A DNA stretch of 64,000 nucleotides, from positions 77,259 through 141,258 of the forward strand of contig NIVC01002777.1 in NCBI GenBank assembly GCA_002269645.1. Direction: 5' to 3'. The position numbers and the translations under genes were made by a program. The notes under the pieces were generated by a model, which was not told where the DNA came from, did not search any database, and was given only the letters and a program-made list of their open reading frames with translations. This DNA is from Macrostomum lignano (Eukaryota). Positions within the stretch are counted from its first letter, which is position 1, and every line of letters begins with the position of its first letter. This document shows positions 1-13,200 of the stretch, piece by piece.

Positions 1-857
1 AAATATCTTCTTGTTTCATTGACGCACCAGCAGTTTCGGTCCGAAGCGGCAGTTTTGTGTGTTGTTGTCTGTTTTTAAATTTGTTGCAAAATTATCCGAT
101 CGGAAATTTTTAGACGCACACGTCCGCAAAGAATTCAAGCATAGAGAGCCGATTTTTTCCTGAGTTTGCTCCTTTCCTCTGTTTTACTTACTAATCTCCT
201 GCTTTTTGAAAATGTTTCATTTCTACCAAATATCTTTGCTTGTGTAGCAGATTTGACTTTGTTTTAATCATTTGATTTGTCAAATGGCGGCAATTTTAAA
301 GTGCCGCCTGTGTCCTGCTCCTTGTGGGCCCCGTCCTCGGGCCTCTGTAATCATGTCTGTCTCTCTTACAAAAGCAGCTAATTTACATTTATTTAATCTT
401 GCATTGATGATATATATCTTACATTATAATTGTGTACATAAACTTGCACTTCAGTACAGTCACTTATCTGTTTGTCTGTGTACACCGTGCGCATTGTGTA
501 AGCCGCTTTAACGACTACACATTTAATATAACAAGTTAATAAATTGTTAATTATTATTACCTAATTACACTTATTGCGCAGTCAGCCCCACCCTCTGTGT
601 CAGCTTGGCCCAAATTAAGCTGGGGTGATTTCTTTGACAATTAGTACTTTTATATACAGTAGTATAAAACGTTTTGCTAGCTTAAAATGTGCGGTTTTTT
701 GTCTGTTCTGCATACTTTGCCGCTCTTAGTAGTTTGTTGAAGCAAACAAACTCTTTTTTTATTCTCTAAGCGCTCTAGTCTGAACCTGTAGTGACATCGC
801 TATGGATTATGCATATACGATCATCTTGTACGAATGATTCCCTACTAAAGTCTAGAT

Positions 858-1308
858 CAGGGGTCGGCGAACTTTTTTATCTAAAGGGTCAGATAGAAAA
901 CCTAGCGCATCACTGGGAGCCAGAGGAGAGGAGAGAGAAGAGAGATAGGAAACAAGAGAGGCAGGCAATAAGGGAGAGGCAAGGCGAGGCGAAAAGTGAT
1001 GAGACGAGAGGAGAGAAGAGATGAAATAGAAGAGGAGGGCGAGGAGAGGAAAAAAGAATAGAAAAGATGATGGCAGGGGAGAGGAGAGGAGAGGAGGGAA
1101 GAAGAGAGAAGAGAGGAGAGGAGAAGAAGAGAGGAAAGGAGAGGAGAAGAGAAAAGCGAGGAGAGGAAAGAAGAAGAGAGGAGAGGAAATTAGAGGAGAG
1201 AGCTGAGAAGAGACTCAAACCCTGAGCGGGCCGGATTGCTATTGTGATATTTCAAAAGACCCGAGGACCGGATAGAGAGGTTCTACGGTCCGGGTTTGCC
1301 GACCCCTG
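858..1308. mobile_element. hAT (Charlie/Buster-type) MITE with internal GA-rich low-complexity tract
   Basis: TIRs CAGGGGTCGGCGAAC (858) / GTTTGCCGACCCCTG (1308); flanks GTCTAGAT / ATCTAGCT (6/8 match, central TA). The interior ~920-1215 is purine-rich simple sequence. A related terminal fragment lies at ~45456. Confidence 0.75.
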
Positions 1309-2242
1309 ATCTAGCTCGTTGATTAACAAAAATAGTTCAGTAATGATAAAAATCTGCATAAATGCATGCAGTTGGTCGCATCCATTTTTAAATCTGAACC
1401 GATTGTGTCAGTTTTTCAATGTAAAACTACCTTACTATATTCAATATTCTGTAGTCTTAAAACATTCACTGCAATCTAAATATTGCTAGTGGTGTTAGTT
1501 ACGAACTGTAATCCACATGGCTATTATAATAAAAACCAATAATTTACATTTCTCAACGCGTATTTTAACCGCGTGGGCGTCCTTTTACAAAATAGTCAAG
1601 CTAAAAGTGCTATCTATGCGTTAGATGACATCGGAGTTCGGTCTTGAAACTTGGTTTGTTATTTTTCTTTTTCTGATTTTTGGGGGGTCAGTCGAAAGTT
1701 AGGGCCGCTGTACACTCCTGTGTGAGTGTGTGCCTGTGCGTATGACTGCGTACGTATCCGCGCGCTTGTGTGCCTGCTTAGGGGAGTCGGCGGAATGGGC
1801 AGTAATGCCTCTTACCGATTGTGACAATGTCGCTTAAAGTGCTCTACTAAGGTGCACACAGCTCCTCGCCTGTTATAAGACGTGTACCACCTGTTGTGCC
1901 AAGTTACTCTGGGGGCTGCTAAATTCAAATCTTAGAGGGTGTACACGCCTGAGGATGAGAAAGTCAGGGCTGCTGTGCACTCAGTGTGAGTGTGTACTTG
2001 TTGCGTATAGACTGCTTGCTCACTCCAGCTGCAAACAGACTTGACAGACAGAACTACATGTGGGCGTTTGCTAACATCTGCAGAAGACTCACTGACTGGA
2101 TTAGTCTATGGCTCTTAGAGCAAGAGACAGTCATCAGGAGCTTTTTACTCAGGCCACCCGACTTATCAGTCGAGTCAGAGAAGCAAGCGCTCGAGCTGGA
2201 ACTATTTAATAATACAAAAGAGAGTGCTCAGTACTGCTCAGC

Positions 2243-2653
2243 ATGACCGGACTCAAAACTTGCGGCGGCGGTGGCGGCGGATTCGCCAGCTGCGCAATGG
2301 GCAGCGCCACCGACTTAGCCACTGAGAGCCAGGAGACCTGCGGCAACAACAGCGGCGGCGGCAACTCTGGGGAGGAGCGCCGGCCTTCCATCGACTTAAG
2401 CGCGTTGGAGCGCAAAGCTGTGCGCGGCGGCATCACCCGGTTTCACTGCCGCTACTTCCTGCGCCAGAGACAGTCGGATATGAAAAAGCAGCAGATGCAG
2501 CTGCAGCACCAGAACGATGAGGACGAGCATCAGGACGACCAGCAGGCCAAGCAGCAGGATGAGCGGCCTGAGCAAGACAACCAGGCCGACACTGAGCAGC
2601 CGGAGCAGCAGAGCAACCGGTTCGGCTCGAAGCGCTCGCAGAAGAAGAAATGA
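2243..2653 (+). CDS. hypothetical 136-aa protein (Gly-rich N-terminus, Gln/acidic C-terminus); may be a terminal exon
   Basis: GC-rich ORF with C/G-ending codon bias like the real exons in this window, set in AT-rich flanks; no recognisable domain. Confidence 0.55.
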   Translation: MTGLKTCGGGGGGFASCAMGSATDLATESQETCGNNSGGGNSGEERRPSIDLSALERKAVRGGITRFHCRYFLRQRQSDMKKQQMQLQHQNDEDEHQDDQQAKQQDERPEQDNQADTEQPEQQSNRFGSKRSQKKK

Positions 2654-3681
2654 AAAAACATCAAATCCTTCGCTAACAGTTGAAAACAATTTAGAAAAAT
2701 GGTTTCAGTTGACTACCTGATCAAATTTTCACTTTTCACTTTCACTTCCGCCCGCCTGACGGCTTCCAATAAAGCTTATTTTTCTCCAGTCGGACCCAAT
2801 TTGACTGTCGAGTGTCGGCCGGTCGTCGCGCTTCAAGATTGTCGGCGCTTTGAATTGCTTTTGCTAATTTTTGCTGCAAGTGTTCATCTTGTATTTGCTT
2901 ATTTTGCTTGTCTACAGAGCAACTGAAATCGGGCCTAATACTAATACTAATACTTACTATTAATAGTATTAGTATTGATAATGAGTACAGGAGGGCCGTG
3001 GGCGCCCTGGCAACAACGCTTTCGGCGAAATTAATCCCCACAACCAGCGCTGACTCCTGAGTCATATACGATACATATCGTATACGAACCTTTTAAATAA
3101 TTTGACTGCGCGCCGCAGAATCGAACTTAGGAGACTTCCGAATCCCGAATATCTTGAGATCAACTCCGGTGTTGACCGGTTATTGTGCCTGTCGACTGAG
3201 TTAAAATCCCATTTGATTAATCGAAATTCTGAAAAACCTTTGAAAGTCATTAAAACAATCATCATTTTAAACAAAATTCAATTATATTGACAACGCTTCA
3301 ACATCTGATTTATTTCAGAATAATTTGAAAATACTCAATATTATTTTAGTAAAAAGTAATAGGTTAACTGTAAATTAGGAATACGGATTCTTTAGAACTC
3401 ATGCTCGGAGGAAAAAATAATGTCTCACAAGCGCGGAAGCTGACAATAAGACGCAGTGAAGCTGAAACTTACAAAAATAAAAAACACATTTTAAAGGTTT
3501 AAAAAATTGAGAAGTATTGATAGTGTCTACCGAAACTCAACCGTCGCTTATTAATTGGCCAGGCAAATTGGCTAATAAAGATTTTAAATTAAACAAAAGC
3601 CCAGTGAGTGCATCTGAAATTCTCTAACCTAGCCCAGCAATGATCCAAATGAACCGTCGGCCGGATGCTTTTGAGCAGGTC

Positions 3682-6595
3682 TCAACGCTGCGACCCGGTT
3701 TTGATGTAGGAGATCGTGGTTGGCAGGTGCAGCTCTTCGAATGTGCACAGGAATGCGTCTGCGCTCTGCGGAATTAATGAGATTTCTTGTTTGGGTCTTC
3801 TGATCCTACAGAACACGATCGAGCCACATGCATTACTCTAGCTGTCCTTAAATTGCCTGTAGTACCTTTAAAACACATGCAGGTATTTTTACTTAAGCTC
3901 CACTTAGGTAAAAATACCTGCATGTATAAGTGTCCTATACAGGAGAGGGGCAGTGGCGCTCCACCTCTCAGGACAGGAGAGAGACAGTGGCGCTCCACCT
4001 CACAGGACAGGAGGGGGCAGTGGCGCTCCACCGCACAGGACAGTAGAGGGGCAGTGGCGCTCCACCTCTCAGGACAGGAGAGAGACAGTGACGCTCCACC
4101 TCACAGGACAGGAGAGGGGCAGTGGCGCTCCAAATCAACAGGACAGTAGAGGGACAGTGGCGCTCCACCTCACAGGACAGTAGAGGGGCAGTGGCGCTCC
4201 ACCTCACAGGACAGTAGAGGGCCAGTGGCGCTCCACCTCACAGGACAGGAGAGGGGCAGTGGCGCTCCACCTCACAGGACAGGAGAGGGGCAGTGGCGCT
4301 CCAAATCAACAGGACAGTAGAGGGACAGTGGCGCTCCACCTCACAGGACAGTAGAGGGGCAGTGGCGCTCCACCTCACAGGACAGTAGAGGGCCAGTGGC
4401 GCTCCACCTCACAGGACAGGAGAGGGGCAGTGGCGCTCCACCTCACAGGACAGGAGAGGGGCAGTGGCGCTCCACCTCACAGGACAGGAGAGGGACAGTG
4501 GCGATCCACCTCACAGGACAGGAGAGGGGCAGTGGCGCTCCACCTCTCAGGACAGTAGAGGGACAGTGGCGCTCCACCTCACAGGACAGTAGAGAGGCAG
4601 TGGCGCTCCACCTCACAGGACGGGAGAGAGGCAGTGGCGCTCCACCTCACAGGACAGGAGAGGGGCAGTGGCGCTCCATCATGCACTATGGTTAAAACTG
4701 TCGCCTGGTTTCTGCTCACCTTCTCGTCTGGCAGGCAGGGTCCCAGCGCCTGCAACAGCAGCGGTTCCTCTGCCACCATGGCCTTGAATTGGGCATAGTC
4801 AATGACTCCCTTCTTCTGCGTGTCCTGCAGTAAGGGTTGTTTGGCCAGTGCTAAACTATAATAGTACATCTTTATTGGCGCGTAGGCTGTAGTCGCTAGC
4901 TTGTACTTACGAATTTTTTGAAGACAATTTCTACCAGATCGCGGACACCCTCGTCCGGGTCCTCCTCAACGGGTTGCTAAAATTTTGTGGCAAGTTGAAT
5001 GGATATTATATACAATTCTGGTGACCTCTTTGACCTTTGACCTGGAGTTCAATTACTAGCCAATTATCGTTTTCAGACATTAGTGCTTGCGTACTTTTAG
5101 ACGACAACTAAACTTTATTATCTCATACTTTTGGAGTGAAAGTCGAAGCTTTAATTCGCCTATTAAAAAGTACACGTCTTTAACAATAGTACAAATACGA
5201 CTGCGTGCATAAAAAAGTACAAGTGGAGGTGCCTATAGCCCAAACACACACAACAGTTTATATTATCATTACAATCCAAAAAGCTTTTTAAGACTGTCAA
5301 ACCAACCGACCTTAATAAGGGTGGCCTTCAACAGCTGGAAAATCTCCTCGCGGCTGATCACTCCATTCGAGTTCAAATCGTAGGCGCGGAAGGCGACTAA
5401 AATGTTTTGTAGTTTTTATTAATACAATCGCAAAAGTTGAAAAAATTAACTAATTAACTCCTTACACTGCGTCTTCTCGTCTAGGGTGCCCCTCAGAAAG
5501 GTGGACATTCCCTTCAGCCACTCCTCTTGGCTGATGCTGGAGTCAAAGTCGGTGTCGAATGCCCGAAAAACTGGTTGAAAAAAAACAGTTAATAATTGAA
5601 AGTGCTTAATTTGTTTGACAATGAATATTTAGACAAAATATCGAGCCCGATCGACCAGCCTCACCGTGGTCAATCATCATAGCGTCGGTCATGCCGAACG
5701 AACAGTGCAGGATGTCCTTAAACTTGCTCCTATCCAGCTTCACATCATCAGCTCCAGCCAGCTCCCGATACATATGCAGCAGATGCTCGCATTCCTTTTT
5801 AGTAACTTGGGTTGGAGGCGGAAATGACAGGTATTTAATTATTCAATTATTTATTATTTAGGTAAAATTAAATATATATATTAAGATAATTTACAATCAA
5901 ATTCGTACTGTGATTTTAAGTACAATATGTACAGCAGCAGCAGTTTTATAATACTTGAATTAATAAATAAATAAATTCATTAATTTGAATACCAAGAATA
6001 TAAAGAAATGAATAGACAGCTACTATATACTAAACACTAAAATGATATATTAATAAACTTAATTGATAAAAATCTGGTTTTAAAATAAAGATCAAAATAT
6101 TTCTAGACTTTTTTTAATAGTGAGCAATGAAAAGCAATATTTTTTGTGAAATTGTGAATTACTTACTTCAGGGTTCTTGATAACTAAGAAATCTAGTTTC
6201 ATAGGCTAATTCTTTCGCTTAGTTTAAAGGTTGTTAAACAAATATTAACCGGTTCATATTTAACTGACTGCTCTATTGTTGCTGTCATTTTTATTTAATT
6301 TGCTGTGCGAATGCGAATCTAATTATACGTTTTACTGAGTGAATGGTAAATGATTACTGCATAGGTAATCATAACATACAAGAAATATTAAGGTAATTGA
6401 GATAAAAATTATACGTGTTAACAGTGCTTCTGGAAAAGTACGAGTATACTACGTTTTCGAAAGCATAACTATAGAAATAACTGACTTACAGGCCCTACTT
6501 GTAATATGACTAGTGCAAAGGTAACACTTACAATTCGTTTGCTTGTGCAAAGACTCAGCTAACTTTGAGATAGCTGTCTTAGCTGAAACGTCCAT
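3682..6595 (-). CDS. EFCAB1: calaxin / EF-hand calcium-binding domain protein 1 (outer dynein arm docking complex), 7 exons, 216 aa
   Basis: Exons 6595-6532, 5805-5665, 5570-5466, 5396-5311, 4976-4911, 4824-4720, 3765-3682, all GT-AG and phase-consistent. Peptides [60 protein letters not shown] and [11 protein letters not shown] match the known EFCAB1 sequence pattern. Confidence 0.93.
3940..4680. repeat. 34-bp minisatellite in last calaxin intron
   Basis: About 21 tandem units of CAGTGGCGCTCCACCTCACAGGACAGGAGAGGGG. Confidence 0.95.
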
Positions 6596-8479
6596 GCTGA
6601 TATGCAATACAATAATTGGCTCAAGACTCAAGAGGAATTCAGAAAATCATAAAATTGTGAAATTTTGACATGTTAAAAAAATATTTGTATTGATCCTAGC
6701 GACCTGCAATTAGATTTCACAAGTTTAAACAAAATCTGGTAAATAAAATTAGTTTTATCACAATTATGTATCCCTAATGTTTAGAAAACAATAATAACTC
6801 AACAGTAAAAGATTTAAAGTGGAAAATAATTAAAATGAAATGATTATTTTCGAGCTTTAGTTATCTTTCGTCTTCAATACCGACAGGGGCTCGATGCGAT
6901 AAAGATTCGCTTCACTTCATGCTCAATATCTTCAAAGTTTCCTATTAATATTCATATATATAATGATAAAATTAATGGAATAAAATTAATTATAATTAAA
7001 ATAAAACAATTATAAAATTAATGAAATATATTCACGGATTTTGTGATCCTTGCAACATGCGTGGGCAAATAATCGCTAGTGTGTTATGTACAAGTACATA
7101 ATATGCGCTTGTACAAGTACATGTATGTAGCACGTAGTGTATACGTGTAAAACGGCCAATTGCACAGAACTTACTTCGCAAACGCAACCTTTTTCACATG
7201 TAACCCGGTTCAAACAAAAGTAATTGTGACCCAAAAAAACGACTCGTATTGTTATTTGTTAACACATTATTTGAAACAACGCTGAAGCTCGATCAGCTCA
7301 CGGTCGATTTGAATAACTAAGAGTACTATGGTTTTGAGTGTATTAGTGGATGGGTTTAATACATGGGCCTTATTGTCATAATCTTTTCTTGAGTGCGAGT
7401 CAGCTACATTCTGTTGTACTTCGCGGTCAAATATACATGTAAAAGCAAGTTCTATACCCAACAACATAGTAGTGTACTACATGTAATTTAAAGGAATTTA
7501 AAGGCTATCTCCAACATCTTTTTCTGAAAGAAATGAGCATTCACTGTCTTCATTTTGACTGCATGTAGCATGCATATGTATATATGCAGTTTCTTTTTGG
7601 GACACCCGCTACATGTACATGTACGAGCTAGATATGTATGTAATTGTTATGGTGCATACAGTATAAAATGCTGCCTTTGTCGGGCAAGTGGGAACAGTGA
7701 AAAAGCACGACTTATTTATCATACAGTTTTCCCACCCTGTTTAGTTGTTAGGTCTATCGAATATTCAAGCTGTCCAATGCGATGAAACACTAATAACTCG
7801 TAGTATACACTTTTTCCCTTGCTTTTACTATACTGAAATTAGAATAAAACTCGCGACTAATTTTGAGCAGGATTAATTTGTCTCAATTTTCGTTCGTTCT
7901 GTTGCAAATGCAAGCTACTCAACACGTGCCGTTTTCCCTGAGCAAGTCGGCTTATTCTGCATATTCTAAATTGTTAGAAGTGCAAAATTACTGTCTGCAT
8001 AGTGAACACTGATACTAGAATACTATCTTTATTAGATAGGCCACATCTTTAGTTCATTTCATAACTTTATTCGGGCGTAGCTGCAGTTTACAGTTATACA
8101 GTAACAATTTTGAATTTATTTTAATCATCCATGCGCTCAATAAAAAAAGATATATAAGAAATAACGCTTTCCCAATTCTGGAAAGATTTGCTTTTTTGAG
8201 CAATAAAAACTTTAGAGTCAAGACTTAGTAAACCCACTTGAGTTCGCGATTCATTTTATATTATTTCCAAAACGGCACGAGAAGAGCGGGATGGGGAAGC
8301 ACAATAATGGAAATTCTAAATGTGCGTACAAGATACGTAAATAATGGGAAGAGCCAGCGAGCCTGCATATAGGAAGAATGATGCAATATTTGACCATAAA
8401 ATAAATAGTACCTGCAAAATGTAATTAAAAATAGCAAAAATAGCTACACTACACAAGTAATTATTGTCGTTTTCATTGC

Positions 8480-8580
8480 CAGTCAAGAGAGAGGGGAGAA
8501 GAGAGAGGGGAGAAAAGAGAGAGGCGGGTAAAGAGAGGGGGAGAAGAGAGGGGAGACGGGAGAAGACAGCTGAGGAGACA
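8480..8580. repeat. GA-rich low-complexity tract
   Basis: GAGAGGGG-type simple sequence. Confidence 0.8.
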
Positions 8581-8946
8581 GGAAAACTTTAAGCGGATGG
8601 GAGTCATGCCGATCCCTGCTGTAATGCATACTATGGAGTATTAGGATTTGCATCTATTCATTTTTTCGGCAAAATTGAACATTAGTTTTAATACACCCTT
8701 ACCGAAACAAAATTGTTTTGTTGCAAGCAAATTTATTATAAATTACATGCAAAAAATAGAAGATTTGATTTTTTCACCAAGTGCTTGTTCAGAGCTTAAA
8801 TAATTAACTAACAGGGTTTCATTCAGTTTTTTTTCTGAGAGATCAAGCAACACTTGCAGTCTGAGAGCGTTTTGCATTCAAGGGTGCATTGCCCAGCTGT
8901 TAGAAAGGGGGGCATTTTTAAATCATTTTTAGTATATAGGACTAGC

Positions 8947-9273
8947 CAGTAGCCAGGAATTTCAATTGGGGGGAAGGCGGGTTGGCCTGGCTGGCCATGC
9001 CTTATGCCATTCCCACTTTTGGCGCCGCAGGCACTCATTTTGGCGCCGCAGGCACTCATTTTGGCGCCGCAGGCACTCATTTTGGCGCCGCAGGCACTTA
9101 TTTTGGCGCCGCAGGCACTCACTTTAGCGCCGCAGGCACTTATTTTAGCGCCGCAGGCGCTCATTTTGGCGCCGCAGGCACTCAATTGCCTCATGGTTTT
9201 TGGTACCCGCCGCGCCCAACCCCACCCCCCAGGCGATTGGGGGGCTGCGGCCCCCCACCTGGCTACGCCACTG
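8947..9273. mobile_element. hAT-type MITE with internal 21-bp tandem array
   Basis: Perfect 8-bp TSD GGACTAGC (8939-8946 / 9274-9281). Right TIR CCTGGCTACGCCACTG; left TIR CAGT-AGCCAGG has a small deletion. About 8 copies of TTTTGGCGCCGCAGGCACTCA inside. Confidence 0.8.
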
Positions 9274-10284
9274 GGACTAGCAATCAGCGCCCCTGCTGGG
9301 AAGCAAAAAAAAGAATAAAAAATTGAGTTAACTACTCGTCTCGTGTTTTAGTATCCTAACTAAAGAAACTAATGGTTTAAGCAACAAAGCATCAGTCTTG
9401 AAAGCCGGCTATCTGGCCCAAGATATCAGCATCCCCTGTGAGCTTTGGCATCAAAGCCTCCATTTGACCCATGGCTTAACTTAACCCTCCCTTTGATCGA
9501 TCAGCAACCGATCTCAGCAACCCCCATGAGCCACAATATTTCAGCAACCACCCTTGACATCTCAGCAATTCTCCCCGAGTCATAGAATTTCAGCAATCCC
9601 CCCCCCAAGCCTGACATCTCAGCGATTCCACCATGACATGAGCATTGTCATGTCAGCAACTCCACCCGTGAGCCCTGATACCTCATATCTCATATCTCAG
9701 AAAGAAACACATCTGATATACTTGTTAGAAGCTTAAATGTGCTGTCGAGAATTCTATATCTATTCGAATTCTAATCGTTAATCGGCGTGTATGACGAAAT
9801 ATTAAATTTATATATATATACTGTATAGTCGCAAGAGGGGTTTAAAACACATGGCGCAGTGAAATTAAGCATCTAAAAAATCAAAGCTACTAACATATTA
9901 GCACTTTTCAGGTCCAATTACGACTGTAAATTGCTGCAGTATTCGCAAAAAAATAATATGGGAAAAGAAAAATGGCAACGCGAGAAATAAAAATCGCATC
10001 GAGAAAAAGTTTTTTAACCGAGTTCACAAAGTATTGTGTTTAACAAACAAAACAAATGAATACCTAAGCCTTTACCAAAATTTGCACAGATAATTAATCA
10101 GTAGTAACCAAAATACACTAATAACCGTTACGATTTTGTTATTTCATCATTGTTAGCCAGATTAAGGACCATATCTGAAAGGAAAAATAGGTGAACATTT
10201 TTTTAAAGTTGAAAGCAAGGTTTTGTTAGCAAAAAGCTGTGTTGGAGCTATTTGTCTGGTAAGCTCTATGAAATCGATGTAGCG

Positions 10285-13200
10285 CTAAGCTAGTGCAAGA
10301 ATCAACAGGTGCAAAAAGACCAACCTGGGCCCACTGGGAGGCGGAAATCTGCCACCCATAAACGGATCCGTATAAAACGAGGACGGGGGCCGTGGTCCGA
10401 AAAATGCAGGATGCACCGGCGGTCCCAGGCCTCGACCAGGGATCGGTGGTGGATGCTGCTGGAAGCTCCATTGCTGCGGCTGCATCCGTGGCGCCGGCCT
10501 GCGACGTAGCGGCATCTCCTGCGGAGCTCCGGGCATGGAGATGAGCATTGAGTCGAGCTTGCAGCCGCACTGCCCGACAGTCAAGCTGGAGTCGCCGCGG
10601 CAAAACGCTTCCTCGAGCTTGTCGTTGAGGCCGGGCTCTGGAAGAATCTCAACGGAGCTCCAGGCGCCGTGGCTGCCAAGGAAGAACCAGCGCCAGTTGG
10701 TGGCCAGGGGCCGGTGGAGGCTGGCGCGGCTCTCCGTGCGGAGGCAGCGAAGGCCGCCGGGAGGCTTGAGGTGTCCCGAGACCGACCGAATCTCGAATCT
10801 ATCGGCCGAACCGGCAACGAACGACAGCGTCAGCTGACCGGGGAACTCGGAGCCGAGCTCGCCGCTGCCGACCGTCACTAAGTCGGAGCGGTCGGGCTGG
10901 CAGAAGGCCGCCTCCAGCTGCTCGTTCAGCGCGGCGTCCACGTCCTGCCAGCGGCTCGGCGGCCAGTGGGCGGCCCGCCACTGCCACAGATAAGGGACCT
11001 TGTGAGGGCAGTGCCGCCGAGGACAATTCTGGGAGAAGCATTCGTGCCGGAGGAACTCCTCGCACAGGGTTTCCTCGCTAGGAGCGGCACGAGACGCCTT
11101 TGGATTGGCGGCGGCTGAGGCAACGGGCGGCTTTTGCTGCGCTTTTGGGCTGCTGCAGAGTTTCAACTTTGCGATGTTTGGCACACTGCCTGCGGACAGC
11201 TTGTTTTGGCGCTTGCTTTGCAAGTCAGCCTTCTGCTGCTGTTCTGTCGATTGCTGATGACCTCGGAATTGGTGCTTGCCCGACTGGTGCAGCCCAATTG
11301 GCGGCCTGTTTGTACGAATGCCAGAGCGATCCAATTTAGTTCAAGTGCACATCGTTGAGAGAAAAGGGGTGGCGCCCCAGCCCCAACCAGGCCGATAAAC
11401 ATTTTCGGCCTCCCTCCTTACTGCTTTCTCATTGGCTGAGCTAGATTGGGCCTGTCCTCTAGGCTCTTTCCTTACTGCTCTCTCATTGGCTGAGCTAAAT
11501 TGGCCCTGCCCACTAAGCTGAGTTTCGTTTGTCTAACTGTGACCTCTCTCCTTACTGCTCTCTCATTGGCTGAGCTAGATTAGGCCTGCCCTCTAGGCTG
11601 AGTTTCGTCTGCCTTGGGTTCACTTGTGTAAATCGAATTAGTTGTCTGTTCATTCTTCACCCCCATATGCTCCCGAGGACGCAAACCCCGAGAAAAGAAA
11701 TTTTAAATGCCACAATAAACTCTAATGACACTTCGCCCAGACTAACTCATGTAAAAAGAGTATACGATCTACTTTTTCACAACAAAAATGTAGTGTCTGC
11801 CGTGTTAACTAATTAAGTCTTTCACAATTAGGGAGCCTTTAAAAAAGTTGTTTGAGTCGATCAGAGCGCCAAAACAAAAATGGCAGTTTGAAGGACTGGT
11901 AAAAAACAATCTTACCTAGGACCATGTTGCGGCTGTGGCATAAGCGGCGCAACATTTGACGATTGCTGTGGAGCATTGCTTCTAGGAGGCTGATTAACGT
12001 TAGCAAAAGCAGCGGGTACTGGATTCGAATTGGTGTTGGGCAGCGGGGCGGGAATCAGGAAAGACCTGAGCACGTGACCAGGCTCCATCTTGTCCATGTC
12101 GAAGGGGAACAGCTTCATCTTGGTCTGCTCATCCATGCTCAGCACGTGCTGCCTGCGGCAGCGGCACTTGCCGCACTGCTTGAACTTGACGTTGTTGCAC
12201 AGGTGAATGTCGGCACAGTCAGTTTGTTGACAGCCGGATTCTGAGTTGTAGGCTGAGCACACCTTCGGGTGGCTGGCCAGCAGCAGGTTGAGCACCTCCC
12301 GCTGTTTCAGGCCGTCTGCGATGCCCAAGGCGCTGCGAATTCGGTGGTTGCGGCCGCTGAGGTCGTGGCAGAGCCTGCAGTCCGCCTGAGCAATGCGGAA
12401 GGGCATTGGGGCATTTTTAATGAGGGACTTTGAGCTGTGGGATTCTGAGCTGTGGGATTCTCAACTGTGGGATTCTGAGCTGTAGGATTCTGAGCAGTGG
12501 GGCTGTGAGAGTCTGAGAAGTGGGGTTCTGAGCAGTGGGATTCTGAGCAGTGGGATTCTGAACTGTGGGATTCTGAGCTATGATATTCTGAGCTGTGGGA
12601 TTCTGAGCTGTGGGATTCTGAGCTATGGGATTCTGAGTTTTGGGATTCTGAGCAGTGGGATTCTGAGCTGTAGGATTCTGAGCTGAGTAATTAACAAGTT
12701 GCAGACTCAGTTGTGGGATGAGACTGATTGCAGGAAGGGGATATTGATCAAATCAAATTGCACAAGTCAAACGCATCTCCCCACCTTATCATGCACTTTG
12801 CCGTCGGGGTCGGCCAGAAACCACAGGCACAGGTGCAGCTGGTAGCAGTCCGCATTCTGGCAGGACTTCGGTGCCCCGTTGTGCATCGGGCAGATGCGGA
12901 AGCGGCGAAACACATTCACGCTGACCGGCTGTCTGCTCACAGCATCCTTGTAGATGTCAATCATGCTCTGCAGCGGCTTCATCAACCCGTCGATGTTGTC
13001 CCGCCACTGCTCCAGCGGGAAGCCGCTCGGCAGTTTCAGGTCGGCCAGCAGCTCCGACGGTGCGGCTCGGCCGCTGCGGCGAATCAGCGCGGCGTAGGCG
13101 GGGCGAAGGCCGAGGCCGAGGGCCGACACGTCGGGCAGCGGGGGCGGCAGGCTCGGGGCGGGCGCAGGGGCGGGCGCAGGGGCGGGCGCAGGTGCGGGCG

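Noticed and set aside
910-1218. Leu/Ser/Phe-rich ORFs (also 33904-34345)
   Set aside because: Purine/pyrimidine low-complexity tracts.
2742-3065. Neuropeptide-precursor-like ORF with hydrophobic stretch
   Set aside because: The hydrophobic segment comes from an (ATACTA)n microsatellite; no amidation or dibasic pattern; no coding-like codon bias.
7040-7085. Possible Helitron 3' end (GCGTGGGC...CGCTAGT)
   Set aside because: Hairpin weak and no 5' end or second copy in the window.
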